Below, piece by piece: positions 8,618 to 18,608 of a stretch of DNA of 36,788 nt; the first letter of the stretch is position 1, and each line of letters opens with the position of its first letter. The stretch is from a virus (Duplodnaviria; Caudoviricetes), in IMG/VR virus record IMGVR_UViG_3300020556_000009, positions 1 through 36,788 of that record. One strand, written 5' to 3'. Under the pieces are notes generated by a model. It made no database searches, was not told where the DNA came from, and saw only the letters and a list, made by a program, of their open reading frames with translations. The position numbers and the translations under genes were made by a program.

Positions 8618-11002
8618 ATGGCATCTGCCGGCGGCATCCGAATGGGCAAGGTCTTCGTCGAGATCGGCGCAGACTCCGCGAAATTCTTTGCCGAAGTCAA
8701 CCGCATCAACAAGCAGGTTGGCAAGATCGGCGCGTCGATGTCGAAGTTCGGCACTCAGATGATGGGAATGGGTGCCCTCATCGGGGCGCCCGTCGGCTTG
8801 GCGGTGCGGCAGTTCGCCAAGTTTGACGACGCCATCCGAGCGACGGCCGCCGTAACAGGCTCGCTCGGGCCGCAGGGTGCCGCAGCGTTCGCCATGCTGA
8901 ACGACAAGGCACGCGAGCTCGGCGCCACAACCAGCTTTACGGCGGTTGAGGTCGCCAACCTGATGACGGAACTCGGGCGTGCTGGCTTCAAGCCGGACGA
9001 GATCAACGCCATGACCGGGGCGGTGCTCGACCTGGCACGGGCCACGGGCACTGACGCGACGCGATCTGCCGGCATCATGGCGGCCACATTGCGTCAGTTC
9101 GGGCTGGGCGCCGAGGAGGCCGCCAGAGCTGCGGACGTCCTCACGTACACCGCCAACAACACCTTCAACACCGTTGACAGTCTCGGCGAATCGCTCAAGT
9201 ACGCCGGTCCAGTCGCCAAGAGTCTCGGCATGTCGCTCGAGGACACGGCGGCGATTCTCGGCGTTCTTGGCAATGTCGGCATTCAAGGAAGCGAAGCCGG
9301 CACGGCGTTGCGGCGGTTGAGCGTGATTTCGGCAGGCACAGGCGAAAAGCTCAACAAGCTGTTTGGCATCGACAACATGGACGCCGCCGGCAACCTGAAG
9401 CCGCTCGTGCAGATTCTCGACGAAATCAACACTGCAACCACATCCATGCCGGTTGCTGAGCGAACGGCCAAGATGGCTCAGGCGTTCGGGCTGCTTGGCA
9501 TCACGTCTGCCAACGTGCTGTCGCAGACCGCCGGAGGCGTGCGGAATCTTCGCGCTGGCTTAGACACAGCGGCCGGCACTGCCAACAACACTGCCAAGGC
9601 TATGGATGCCGGACTAGGTGGTGCATTGCGTATCATGCTGTCAGCCGTAGAGGGCACCGCCCTGGCGATCGGCGACGCACTGGCGCCATCATTGATGAAC
9701 GCCGTGAACTTCATGGAGCGCGCATCAACTGCTGCAACGGCGTTCGTCAAGGCTAATGGCGATGTAGTGCTGTCGGTGGCGGCTGGAGTGCTCCAGTTCT
9801 CTGCGATGGGCGCCGCACTGTTTGTCGTCGGCAAGGGGGTGGCGGCAGCCAGTGCTGTTTTCGGCACTTTGCTATCTGTCGCTGCGGGTGTCGCTGCTGC
9901 GTTCATGGGTGTCGTGACGACACTTGCCGGAATCCTTGCAGCTACAGCGTCTGCCATAGTCGGTATCGTGTCCTACGGCGCGGCCAGCGTCGCGGCAGCC
10001 GTGGCGTCTGGTGCGGCATGGTTGCTCGCCAACAGCTTGATACTCGTGCAAATTGGTCTGCTTGGGCTGGCGGTTGCGGACCTGTTTCGCTACCTCGGCG
10101 GCGTAGAGCTTGTCTCTGATGGCATCGCAGGTCTTGCCGCAACCGGGCGAAATGCCATTGGCGTGCTGTCGCAAATCGGCGTCATTGGCCGCGAAGCGTT
10201 TGCGTCAATCTACGAATCCATCATGGCAGGCAACCTCGAAGGCGCAATGTCTGTCGCATTGCGAGGCATGGAAGCCGCCTTCCGCACGTTCTCTGCCAAT
10301 TTCATGAACATGGTCGACGAGTGGGGCGCTAATCTCGTTAACGCCTTTGACTACTGGATCAGCAACATCCCATTTTTGCGTTTTGCGGCGTTCGACAAGT
10401 TTGAGTTCTCTCTGTTTGGCTCAAGCGAGAATGCGCAGACACCGGGCCAGCGTGCGGAAGAGCGATTGCGGAAGGTGCGTGAGAACACGCAAGAGCGAAA
10501 TACTGGGCTGAAGGACGCTAGCCAGCGGTTTCAGTCCGAGTTGGGCACGCAACGGACGAGAAACGTCCTGATGTCGCAGACAAACGACGTCATCGGTGGT
10601 GTCGAGGCAGCCAAGACACTGGACGACCTTCGCTCAATCGCCGACGAGTTCTTCACGCTCAAATCCATGGGCGGCGTGTCTCCAGAGCAGGAGAAGCGAT
10701 ACATGGACGCCGCCAATCAGGCGGCTGAAAAGCTGACGCCGACAGCAGTAGGCGAAGAGTCGCCAGCCGCCACAAAGAAGCCACAAGTCGAGAGCCCAGA
10801 AGAACGCGCCCAGAGGCTCGCCGAGGAGCGTATGGCTTTGCAGGACCAGATCTCTCGCCAAGCAGAGACCGTCGGCACGTTCTCTGCGCAGGCTGCGTCT
10901 GGCATGGGCTTTGGCGGCACAGTGTTTCAAGAGCAGCTAAAGGAACTCAAGGCGATCCGCAAGGAGCTTGAGGAAGACATCAAAGACGAGGTTTTAGCCT
11001 GA
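8618..11002 (+). CDS. Tail tape measure protein (TP901-type core)
   Basis: ARELGATTSFTA.EVA...LGRAGF, LGESLKYAGPVA and GIQGSEAGTALR, with a hydrophobic central region. Confidence 0.95.
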   Translation: MASAGGIRMGKVFVEIGADSAKFFAEVNRINKQVGKIGASMSKFGTQMMGMGALIGAPVGLAVRQFAKFDDAIRATAAVTGSLGPQGAAAFAMLNDKARELGATTSFTAVEVANLMTELGRAGFKPDEINAMTGAVLDLARATGTDATRSAGIMAATLRQFGLGAEEAARAADVLTYTANNTFNTVDSLGESLKYAGPVAKSLGMSLEDTAAILGVLGNVGIQGSEAGTALRRLSVISAGTGEKLNKLFGIDNMDAAGNLKPLVQILDEINTATTSMPVAERTAKMAQAFGLLGITSANVLSQTAGGVRNLRAGLDTAAGTANNTAKAMDAGLGGALRIMLSAVEGTALAIGDALAPSLMNAVNFMERASTAATAFVKANGDVVLSVAAGVLQFSAMGAALFVVGKGVAAASAVFGTLLSVAAGVAAAFMGVVTTLAGILAATASAIVGIVSYGAASVAAAVASGAAWLLANSLILVQIGLLGLAVADLFRYLGGVELVSDGIAGLAATGRNAIGVLSQIGVIGREAFASIYESIMAGNLEGAMSVALRGMEAAFRTFSANFMNMVDEWGANLVNAFDYWISNIPFLRFAAFDKFEFSLFGSSENAQTPGQRAEERLRKVRENTQERNTGLKDASQRFQSELGTQRTRNVLMSQTNDVIGGVEAAKTLDDLRSIADEFFTLKSMGGVSPEQEKRYMDAANQAAEKLTPTAVGEESPAATKKPQVESPEERAQRLAEERMALQDQISRQAETVGTFSAQAASGMGFGGTVFQEQLKELKAIRKELEEDIKDEVLA

Positions 11003-11880
11003 TGCCCGTCACATTCGTCGAAGACAACGAGTCACGTTCCGCCACGATCGTCCGCAAGGGGCTGCGCGGCGACTCGACCTATACGAAGTCATGGAAGGCA
11101 TTTGGCACGAGCGACGACAGCGAACTGCACCTGGCGATCAACACGCAACTGTCACAGCTCTACGGCTGGCAGTATCCGAATCAGCCGGGCGCGCAGCTGT
11201 GGGTCGAGAGCTATACCGTCAGCTACTTGGGCGACGAGGCGTGGCAGGTCACGGCCAATTACAAGAAGACTGGCATCGAGAACGACGAGCAGCGCGATCC
11301 GCTGAAGCGGGCGCGGCACTTTGACACGACCGGCGGCACGCAACACAAGACGCAGGCCGAGGACGAGATAGCTTACGGAACAAATCCCCCAAACCAGTAC
11401 AAAGCCATCGGCGTGGACGGTGACAGCGTCTCTGGCGTGGACATCGTCGCACCGGCGCTGCAGTGGACCGAGGAGTACGAGGTGCCGGCGAGCTACGTCA
11501 CCGCCGGGTACATCAAGGAAGTCGCTCGCTTGACTGGCACCGTCAACAATGCGTCATTCCGCACGTTCGCCACTGGTGAGGTGCTGTTCGTCGGCTGCAC
11601 CGGCTCTCAGGAGTGGGACGACCAGCGCGGCCACGGGCCGTGGAAGCTCTCATACAAGTTCGTTGCCAGTCCGAATGCAGGATCGGGGCAGACGCTGCCC
11701 GCAATCATCGTCGGCGGCATTTCAGGCATCGAAAAAAGGGGTCATGAGTACATGTGGGTGCGTTATGAGGCCGAGTCTGACAGCGCGTCAAAGACGCTTC
11801 TCAAGCGCCCGAAGTACGTGTACGTCAACAAGGTCTACCGGGAAGCAAGCTTCTCCGGCCTCGGAATCGGGGTGGCCTGA
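11002..11880 (+). CDS. Putative distal tail/hub protein
   Basis: Lies immediately after the tape measure with TGATG coupling; beta-rich. Confidence 0.55.
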   Translation: MPVTFVEDNESRSATIVRKGLRGDSTYTKSWKAFGTSDDSELHLAINTQLSQLYGWQYPNQPGAQLWVESYTVSYLGDEAWQVTANYKKTGIENDEQRDPLKRARHFDTTGGTQHKTQAEDEIAYGTNPPNQYKAIGVDGDSVSGVDIVAPALQWTEEYEVPASYVTAGYIKEVARLTGTVNNASFRTFATGEVLFVGCTGSQEWDDQRGHGPWKLSYKFVASPNAGSGQTLPAIIVGGISGIEKRGHEYMWVRYEAESDSASKTLLKRPKYVYVNKVYREASFSGLGIGVA

Positions 11881-12599
11881 TGGCTCGCTCCGACGGCCGG
11901 ATCGAAAAGGGGCAATCGCTCCGCTCGGCTATTTCGGCCCGTGCGTGGAACCGGGCGCAGGACGCCGCCGACCTGGTCCTCGGCGCGCAGCCGGGATTTG
12001 AGGCCGACGGCATCCGTGGCCCCGCAGCGCCTTACACGGCAGTGTATTGCAAGGCATCAGCCGACGTCGACCGCTGGGGCGTGCTGGCGATCTCTGGCAT
12101 GGAATCGACGCCTAGCGGTCCTGCCGGGCAGTTCCACGAAATGCCCGTGCTACAGGGCTCCACACCAACAACTGGCACGACGGCATTCTGCGTCGCTGTA
12201 GAGCCGATCAAGTCAGGCAGCCTCGGGAAAGTAGCCGTCGCCGGCGTCGTGCAGGTCAAGCTCGACGTCAAGAGCGAAAGCCACCAGTACGCCAAGTGCA
12301 AGGCCAGCGTCGTCGAGCTTGAGACGGCGTCGAGCGGCGAAGCATTCATACTGTGGAAGGAATCTGGCACCGGGGCCGGGAAGTGGGGGCTCGTGCGGAT
12401 GGGTGGTGCGCGTCCGGTCGTTCGTGGCACATTCACCGCCCCCTGGCCAAAAGGGTCGACGGCGACTGTTACTGACGCCGCTGGCTCTGTGACGTATTCT
12501 GCGACGAACTACTTTGCCAGCTTGACCGGCAGCGGCAGTAAGGCGTGTGCAATTGCGTACGCTAATGGCGAGTGGATTCTGATCGCCGCGGAGTGCTGA
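11880..12599 (+). CDS. Putative tail tip protein
   Basis: Synteny, plus a VAVEPI..G..GKVAVAGVVQVK beta-clip-like segment. Confidence 0.5.
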   Translation: MARSDGRIEKGQSLRSAISARAWNRAQDAADLVLGAQPGFEADGIRGPAAPYTAVYCKASADVDRWGVLAISGMESTPSGPAGQFHEMPVLQGSTPTTGTTAFCVAVEPIKSGSLGKVAVAGVVQVKLDVKSESHQYAKCKASVVELETASSGEAFILWKESGTGAGKWGLVRMGGARPVVRGTFTAPWPKGSTATVTDAAGSVTYSATNYFASLTGSGSKACAIAYANGEWILIAAEC

Positions 12600-12600
12600 G

Positions 12601-15474
12601 ATGATTGACTCTGCCGAGCCGCTGTCGCTTGTCATCTGGGCTGTGTTTGCATTTGCGGCAGGGTTGTATCCGCTTGGGGTCATGCTCGGCGCACCGTGCA
12701 ACCCTTGTTGTGGATCGACATGCGACGATGTGTTTGAGTTTAACCGTTGCGTTCGATATGTGAACGTTGACACATCGTCGCCTCGCACTTCGTACAGCGC
12801 CGGCGAAACCGTGGACACGCCGATGCACGGATACTCCCGCGCCGTGTCGCGGCCTGAAGATGTCGGCGCTAAACAGGTGGCAACTAGGCTTGTTCTTACT
12901 TCTGTCCTTAATATCGCTGACGGTGCGTCGGCGATGAGCGATGGCGAGACTCGCACGGCTTCTTATAGCGTGCGATACACGGCTGGCGCAGCCGACCTTG
13001 GCGAGGCCGTTAACTGGGCAGTGACATTGCGCGGAGTGACGATGCCGCTTTCGCCACCAGTCGCCGTAGAGCCGACGTATGTTGACATCGTCAGCAACTC
13101 CACGACTATAGCCGCGCAGTATTCTGCCGGCAGCACCACTTTCAGCACGTCTTCGCCGGTTAGCGTGTCGGTGCATAGCTGCGACGCAGGCGCAGTGTCT
13201 CAGTGGCTTGACGGCTCCGCCGTCACAGAAAACACACTCCGAAGCATGCTTTCAGTGTCGGTGTCGATGAACGGCGACGCTCAATATGGCAACTGGGCTG
13301 TCACGGCGTTATTCACGCCCAACGTTAGCGCGTTTCGGTTTCTTCCGCGTTTTACCTATTTCCCGCTTAAATACGTCATTAAGCACACACGCGGAACAAA
13401 GCATCGGTACTCAACCCTTCAAGTCTTGGTGCGGCAAGTAAACGTGCCAGAGGCGCTCCCCGCAGGGGGGTTTCCTGCGTTCTTAAACAATCCGCCTCCG
13501 TACATCGACTCGCCGTTTACTCGCACGCCGCCAGAGTTTGGAGGTGATCTCGCAACTGCACAAACAGCAGTTGTCTACAGCGACAATGCAAACCTAGATG
13601 ACGATTTCTCTGCCATCGGTGTTCAACTTCCAGGAGTGCAGATAGACCCCACCGGCGCGCAGTTGAACCACACGGAGTACGCAGTGCAGGCCACTAACGC
13701 GCAATATTTGTCGTTTCAGTCGCCAGCAAGCAATGTGATCAGCCGGGGCTGGATCATGCGTCCGCGTGATCCGTCTTTTCTTAATGATTTTCAATTCAAC
13801 GACTGGATTTACGACACTGAACGTATTGCTGATTGGCTAAACGGCGAAGAAACTGTGCCGTACAACAGCGGGCAATTTATTAGCCCAACAGATAGCTCTT
13901 GGACGATGCAGGTGTCAGAGCCGTCCGCGTTCTGCGGATACTCGCTGTGTACCTCTAGCGTGTTTATGCAAAACATGTCTTGGGTCGGCGCTACGTACGG
14001 GGGCGTTGTTGAAAGCACTGTTGTGGTTCAGACTGCCGCTGAGCCAGCGACAACATCGTCATCTGATGAGAAAGGACCTATCACCCGCACTAACCGATGC
14101 TATGGACAGGAGGCACCGCCAGTCATATCAATGCGTCTCTCGCCCAATTCGTGCAGCTATACAGGCGAGCACACATCGTGCATTAACTCCACTTCCGCCG
14201 TCGGCTACAACCAAGGCGGCGGGTATTACATAAACCGACAGGGCCAAGGGGACGGCGTGCCACTAACGCGACAGCGAGGAGCACCGGCAAGATATTTTTA
14301 CTGCGGCGATTTATTGTGGGCAATTGAGAATGGGCCATGCAGGACATCGCTGACCATTCCGTACCTAAATTGGGGCAATGAAACATACACGCTCGGCGGG
14401 TCCAGTTCCTCTAATTGGGTAAACAACAGTCGATGCGTGTTTTCGGGCGTGGATCAGAATGGAGCATGCCACCCGCTTGAGGCGACCGTAACGCTCGACG
14501 AAGACATGCTTCTAGGTCGAAGGCCCAGCGGCGACAATGCCGGTATCCTTGCAGGGAAAATCGTCGCCGGTAATTACGTAATGACCCTTTCCGCTGGAGG
14601 AGCGGTGCTGTTTGACACTAATTGCAATCAACAGGTTTATTGCCTGTCGTTTCCTGTTGTTCCAATTAATGTGCCGCAACATACTTCGTCGTACATGTGC
14701 CTAGTCAGGAGAAGAGAGCTGTGGTGCAGCTCTTGGGATACGTCTGGCTATTGGCTTGGAAACATCAACGTCTTCTATGGGCTGTTTCGCGCACCTTTTC
14801 CTGTTGTGGGGGGGGCTACGGCAGTGAGCCTTGGAGGTGCAGGCGGATCATTCGCACACGTAGGACTTATCGTGTTTCCTGGTTCTGTGGAATTTGGTGG
14901 TCAAAGCAGCCCGTACTCAACAACAGTCACGCCGCAGAGCACGACAATTGGAAAAGATGGCGGAAACGTCTCTCTGACGTACTGCTGCCCTGAAAGGACG
15001 CAAAACATAACAGTGCCGCAGCACAGCAGTAAATTTCCGCGCACAATTGTCTTGGAGACCAACGGCCAGGCAGGCCGTGGCGCCACCGCATACATTACGC
15101 AGGCAGGCTACGGCGGCGTTGAGTGTCCTTTTAATGTAATTTGGCTTGCTGGAAGCAGCTTCGTGCCCGACTTCCCTTTGCCAAACAACACAGAAGGCCG
15201 TATTTTTTCTTCTCCGACGTGCCCGATTGTGGCGCAGATTGTTCCGGCTGAGCAGCCTGAGTGTGACTGGTCAGTCCAGTCGTCGGCTGCGTGGATTATT
15301 GCCACAAAATCAGAAACTGGTTTGCTTGAAATCACAATAGACAGCAATGTAACGCCAGTGTTTCTGCCCTCCACAAACCCTTACTGGCTTCCGCGTCCCT
15401 ATCGGTTTGGAACAATAACAATCAACACTCAAGGGCTTTCACAAACATGGTCAATAGTTCACATGCAGCCTTGA
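12601..15474 (+). CDS. Large Cys-rich putative receptor-binding/tail protein with N-terminal hydrophobic segment
   Basis: 957 aa, rich in Ser/Thr/Cys, with PCNPCC near the N-terminus. The C-terminal CDWSVQSSAAWI...GTITI resembles a BACON/Ig-like domain. The DNA is visibly AT-richer than the backbone. Confidence 0.6.
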   Translation: MIDSAEPLSLVIWAVFAFAAGLYPLGVMLGAPCNPCCGSTCDDVFEFNRCVRYVNVDTSSPRTSYSAGETVDTPMHGYSRAVSRPEDVGAKQVATRLVLTSVLNIADGASAMSDGETRTASYSVRYTAGAADLGEAVNWAVTLRGVTMPLSPPVAVEPTYVDIVSNSTTIAAQYSAGSTTFSTSSPVSVSVHSCDAGAVSQWLDGSAVTENTLRSMLSVSVSMNGDAQYGNWAVTALFTPNVSAFRFLPRFTYFPLKYVIKHTRGTKHRYSTLQVLVRQVNVPEALPAGGFPAFLNNPPPYIDSPFTRTPPEFGGDLATAQTAVVYSDNANLDDDFSAIGVQLPGVQIDPTGAQLNHTEYAVQATNAQYLSFQSPASNVISRGWIMRPRDPSFLNDFQFNDWIYDTERIADWLNGEETVPYNSGQFISPTDSSWTMQVSEPSAFCGYSLCTSSVFMQNMSWVGATYGGVVESTVVVQTAAEPATTSSSDEKGPITRTNRCYGQEAPPVISMRLSPNSCSYTGEHTSCINSTSAVGYNQGGGYYINRQGQGDGVPLTRQRGAPARYFYCGDLLWAIENGPCRTSLTIPYLNWGNETYTLGGSSSSNWVNNSRCVFSGVDQNGACHPLEATVTLDEDMLLGRRPSGDNAGILAGKIVAGNYVMTLSAGGAVLFDTNCNQQVYCLSFPVVPINVPQHTSSYMCLVRRRELWCSSWDTSGYWLGNINVFYGLFRAPFPVVGGATAVSLGGAGGSFAHVGLIVFPGSVEFGGQSSPYSTTVTPQSTTIGKDGGNVSLTYCCPERTQNITVPQHSSKFPRTIVLETNGQAGRGATAYITQAGYGGVECPFNVIWLAGSSFVPDFPLPNNTEGRIFSSPTCPIVAQIVPAEQPECDWSVQSSAAWIIATKSETGLLEITIDSNVTPVFLPSTNPYWLPRPYRFGTITINTQGLSQTWSIVHMQP

Positions 15475-15929
15475 TGTGCGAGTTTGACGCCCACACGTTT
15501 AAATGCTATCGCTGCGGGTATCTTGCTAAAAGACTGCCGACTTATCGAGTCTGCCGTACTATTACGGAAATGGCACAGCAGATCGCTACTGATCACGCTA
15601 CAAAACGCATATCTATTCCCCCAATTGCAATCGGCACGTCGGCGGCAAAGGCGCTGTCGTTCGTCGGCATAACCCCACGCCGCGTCAAGAAAGTCATCGG
15701 CAAGGACTGCGAATGCGACAAACGAAAGGCTAAGCTCGACAATTTTGGAGCAGCCGTGTCGTCTGTGATTGAGCGTGCTGCCAACGGCATGCTGAACGCC
15801 GTGCTGCCAAGCCCGGTAGGCGCAGACGACGTTGCCGCTATCGCTAATTCCTTGCAGGCCAGCCAGTTCACGAACGCAGGGTTGAAAGACGGGCCGGGCT
15901 CCATCCGCTTGACAGCCCTGCCACGCTAG
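15474..15929 (+). CDS. Small Cys-rich protein accompanying the tail-tip module
   Basis: TGATG coupling, with CxxCG and CECDKRKAKLD motifs. Confidence 0.65.
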   Translation: MCEFDAHTFKCYRCGYLAKRLPTYRVCRTITEMAQQIATDHATKRISIPPIAIGTSAAKALSFVGITPRRVKKVIGKDCECDKRKAKLDNFGAAVSSVIERAANGMLNAVLPSPVGADDVAAIANSLQASQFTNAGLKDGPGSIRLTALPR

Positions 15930-16263
15930 GTGGCATGGGACGCGCAAAGCCAAAGCCGAAGGCGGTGATCCTGCCGCCTGACCTCGACGACGACGAGGAA
16001 TCCGCCGGCACGACATCTGCCTGACGTGCGAGCACTTGCAAAACAACGCCTGCCAGCTTTGCGGATGCCCGGTTAGCAGGGTGGCAGGGTACGTCAGCAA
16101 ATTGAGTTGGGCGGATCAGGAGTGCCCGGCGGGCAAGTGGGGCACGGCTCCATCCGCTTGACAGCCCTGCCACCCTAGTGGCATGGGACGCGCCAAGCAG
16201 CAGCCGAAGCCAGAGGCGGTGATCCTGCCGCCTGACCTCGACGACGACGAGGAATTTGCCGGC
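15897..16263 (+). repeat. ~115-bp direct repeat (15897-16009 and 16146-16263) covering the upstream motif and 5' end of the 16183 gene
   Basis: Near-identical ggctccatccgcttgacagccctgccac...gcatgggacgcgc...ggcggtgatcctgccgcctgacctcgacgacgacgaggaat..gccggc in both copies. Confidence 0.95.
16000..16161 (+). pseudogene. Startless 3' remnant of a Cys-rich protein gene
   Basis: Reads IRRHDICLTCEHLQNNACQLCGCPVSRVAGYVSKLSWADQECPAGKWGTAPSA*. There is an in-frame stop at 15979 and no ATG in between. Confidence 0.7.
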
Positions 16264-16425
16264 GGCGGCATCCCTGACGAAGACGGCTGGATCCACTTGC
16301 GCGAGAAGCGAAAGGAAAAGGCCAATGGTGAAGACGAGAAACCCAAGCGTCGCACTGGCAGACGCCGTAGCCGAGAGGGTGAAGCCAGCCAAGCCGGCGA
16401 CGTGGATGGACCGGCTGAGCGCTGA
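16183..16425 (+). CDS. Small charged hypothetical protein
   Basis: The ATG follows the TTGAC-N8-CACCCT-N6 motif; PPDLDDDEE. Confidence 0.5.
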   Translation: MGRAKQQPKPEAVILPPDLDDDEEFAGGGIPDEDGWIHLREKRKEKANGEDEKPKRRTGRRRSREGEASQAGDVDGPAER

Positions 16426-16588
16426 CGACCAGGCCGGCGTGCTTGAGATCCGCAGGCGGTTCCAAGCGGGCGGCTATGGCTCCGCATCATCGGCGTCCGT
16501 CGCAAGAGCACTGCGAGAGGAAGCGATTGCGGCTGGCTGGCACATCATCTCGGAGAAGGAGTTGTCAGAATGGCTGCGCAGAAAATAG
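16325..16588 (+). CDS. Hypothetical protein (possible HTH)
   Basis: Helical, ending in SASVARAL...SEKELSEWL. Overlaps the phosphoesterase start. Confidence 0.55.
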   Translation: MVKTRNPSVALADAVAERVKPAKPATWMDRLSADDQAGVLEIRRRFQAGGYGSASSASVARALREEAIAAGWHIISEKELSEWLRRK

Positions 16589-17736
16589 CCGACAGGATCA
16601 AGGCGAAACTGCCGCCCCCCAAGCCAGCCGCAGATGCAGAGCAGGTGACGCAGTCGCAGAACGGCGACACGCTTGAAGCACGATCCACGAGCCGCCGCAT
16701 CAAGACCGTCGAGGATCTGCTGCGTCACATCGAAGCGGACATGAGCCGCTTTGAGATCGCCGCGAGCGAAGCTACCAAATGGGAATGCGGAGACGGAGAA
16801 GGCGGCAGCATCGAACTGCACCGCGTGTTCGTGCGGCTCAAGCCGAAAGGCGGCCCGACCACTCGGGAAGTCGTGGCGGCGATGATCGACGCTGCGAAGA
16901 AGGACATTCGCCGCCCTTTGACCAAGGTTGTCAAGGCACCGAAGCGCGACGGACTGTGGCAGGTGCTGGTTGTCGCTGATCCGCACTTCGGCAAGTACGC
17001 ATGGGGCAAGACGACCGGCGGCGATGACTACGACCTTGACCACGCCGCACGCCTGGTGGGCGACACTGGCTCGCAACTGCTCTCGGTGGGTAATGCCCAC
17101 AATCCCACCAGACGCACCATTGCCTTCGTTGGAGATCTCTTCCATTACGACCGGCCCGACGGGAGTACCACAAGTGGTACGCCGCTGGAGCGTGACGGGC
17201 GGCTTCAGAAGATGATCGAGGTGGGCTGCAATACGCTGCTGTCGCTTGTCACGCAGTCAGCCGATGCGGTGCCGACCGATGTCGTCATCGTCAACGGCAA
17301 CCACGACGAGGTACTGACGTGGACGTTCCAGCGGATCATGCAAGAGCGGTTCGGTGGTCACAAGCAGGTGACAATCAAGCCAGACTTCACCGGGCGGCAG
17401 TACCTCACGCACGGGCAGAATCTACTGGGCTTCGTCCACGGGCATCGAGCCAAGCGGAAGCTGCCGCAGATCATGGCGTTGGAAGCGTCACGCCAGTGGA
17501 GCGAGTGCCCGTATCGTGAATGGCACACAGGGCACTTTCACTCGCAGGCTGCGGAGTGGCAGCGACCGATTGAGACGCTCGACGGCGTGATCGTTCGCAC
17601 GGCACCGGCTCTCTGCCCGCCCGACGATTGGCACAGCGTCAACGGATTTATCGGCTCCCGTCAGGCGATGGAGACGTTTTTCTATGACCACGCCGGCGGG
17701 CTTTCGTCCATGCACGTCGCAGGCGTGAGGGCTTGA
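16570..17736 (+). CDS. Calcineurin-like metallophosphoesterase
   Basis: Motifs ADPHFG, VGDLFH, NGNHD, VHGH and TGHFH. Confidence 0.9.
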   Translation: MAAQKIADRIKAKLPPPKPAADAEQVTQSQNGDTLEARSTSRRIKTVEDLLRHIEADMSRFEIAASEATKWECGDGEGGSIELHRVFVRLKPKGGPTTREVVAAMIDAAKKDIRRPLTKVVKAPKRDGLWQVLVVADPHFGKYAWGKTTGGDDYDLDHAARLVGDTGSQLLSVGNAHNPTRRTIAFVGDLFHYDRPDGSTTSGTPLERDGRLQKMIEVGCNTLLSLVTQSADAVPTDVVIVNGNHDEVLTWTFQRIMQERFGGHKQVTIKPDFTGRQYLTHGQNLLGFVHGHRAKRKLPQIMALEASRQWSECPYREWHTGHFHSQAAEWQRPIETLDGVIVRTAPALCPPDDWHSVNGFIGSRQAMETFFYDHAGGLSSMHVAGVRA

Positions 17737-17739
17737 CGC

Positions 17740-18468
17740 ATGGAATACGAATTGACTGACGACTATCTCGCCGAGGCACGCAAGCGAGCGTATCGCTATC
17801 AGGGGCAGTGGTGCGGCACATCTGGATCACTGGCGGCGGATGTCGCTCGGCTCCTAATCGAAAGGAAAAAGATGCAAGGATTTATTACGGATCTCGAATC
17901 GTCCAACGCCGCATTGCGTGAAGCTGTGGAGACTCGCCTGGCTGGCGCATGTTGCGACGGCGGCAAGTGCCACGCACCCGCAGACAACGCAGCAGAGCCG
18001 GAGTCGGTGCCGGAGGATTGGATTCTGCAGGGACAGCGAGAGATGGAGGCGGCACCGGACGACATCCGGTGGAGCGGCGACAGCATCTTGGCACAGCCAG
18101 CCGACGACATCCGGCCAGGCACTACAGCCAAGTTTGGCACGGGTGCCGTTCGCTCGTCTGACGTTGAGCAGTTTCGGTACGACCTTGTCTCTCCAATCGG
18201 CCTGCGAGAAGTCGCCCGTGCGTGCGCCGAGGGCGCTGAGAAGTACGGCGATTGGAACTGGGAGAAGGGCATGCCCGTGCATGACCTGCTTAACCACGTC
18301 ATCGCACACATCTACAAGTTCCTCGGCGGCGACAGAAGCGAACCGCACCTCGGGCACGCTGCGTGGGGAATGCTGGCTGCAATCCACTCGCAGGAGCTTT
18401 GGCCGCACCTCAACGACGGAAAGCTGCGTGGTGACGGCTGCAAGGCACCGTCGGCAGAGCCGGTCTAG
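17740..18468 (+). CDS. DUF5664 (dATP/dGTP diphosphohydrolase-like) domain protein
   Basis: FGTGAVR...RYDLV...EGAEKYGDWNWEKG...EPHLGHAAW. Confidence 0.8.
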   Translation: MEYELTDDYLAEARKRAYRYQGQWCGTSGSLAADVARLLIERKKMQGFITDLESSNAALREAVETRLAGACCDGGKCHAPADNAAEPESVPEDWILQGQREMEAAPDDIRWSGDSILAQPADDIRPGTTAKFGTGAVRSSDVEQFRYDLVSPIGLREVARACAEGAEKYGDWNWEKGMPVHDLLNHVIAHIYKFLGGDRSEPHLGHAAWGMLAAIHSQELWPHLNDGKLRGDGCKAPSAEPV

Positions 18469-18608
18469 GATTCTGCCCAGCCGCCCTAGTCTGGCGGCAT
18501 GGTCACTGACGCACCGCCTGCTACGCCGCTATCGCCCTCGTTTTGCACCGCGAGCAGACGGCACCATAAGCCCATAGTTTCGCCCCCCCGCCGCCCTACT
18601 CTGGCGGC

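Noticed and set aside
15897-16263. DGR repeat or CRISPR-like array
   Set aside because: Only two long copies with indels, no RT or cas genes, and a recombination scar explains it better.
17740-18468. Z-genome (2-aminoadenine) pathway
   Set aside because: No PurZ, DatZ-like HD hydrolase or DNA polymerase was recognised, and DUF5664 alone is insufficient.
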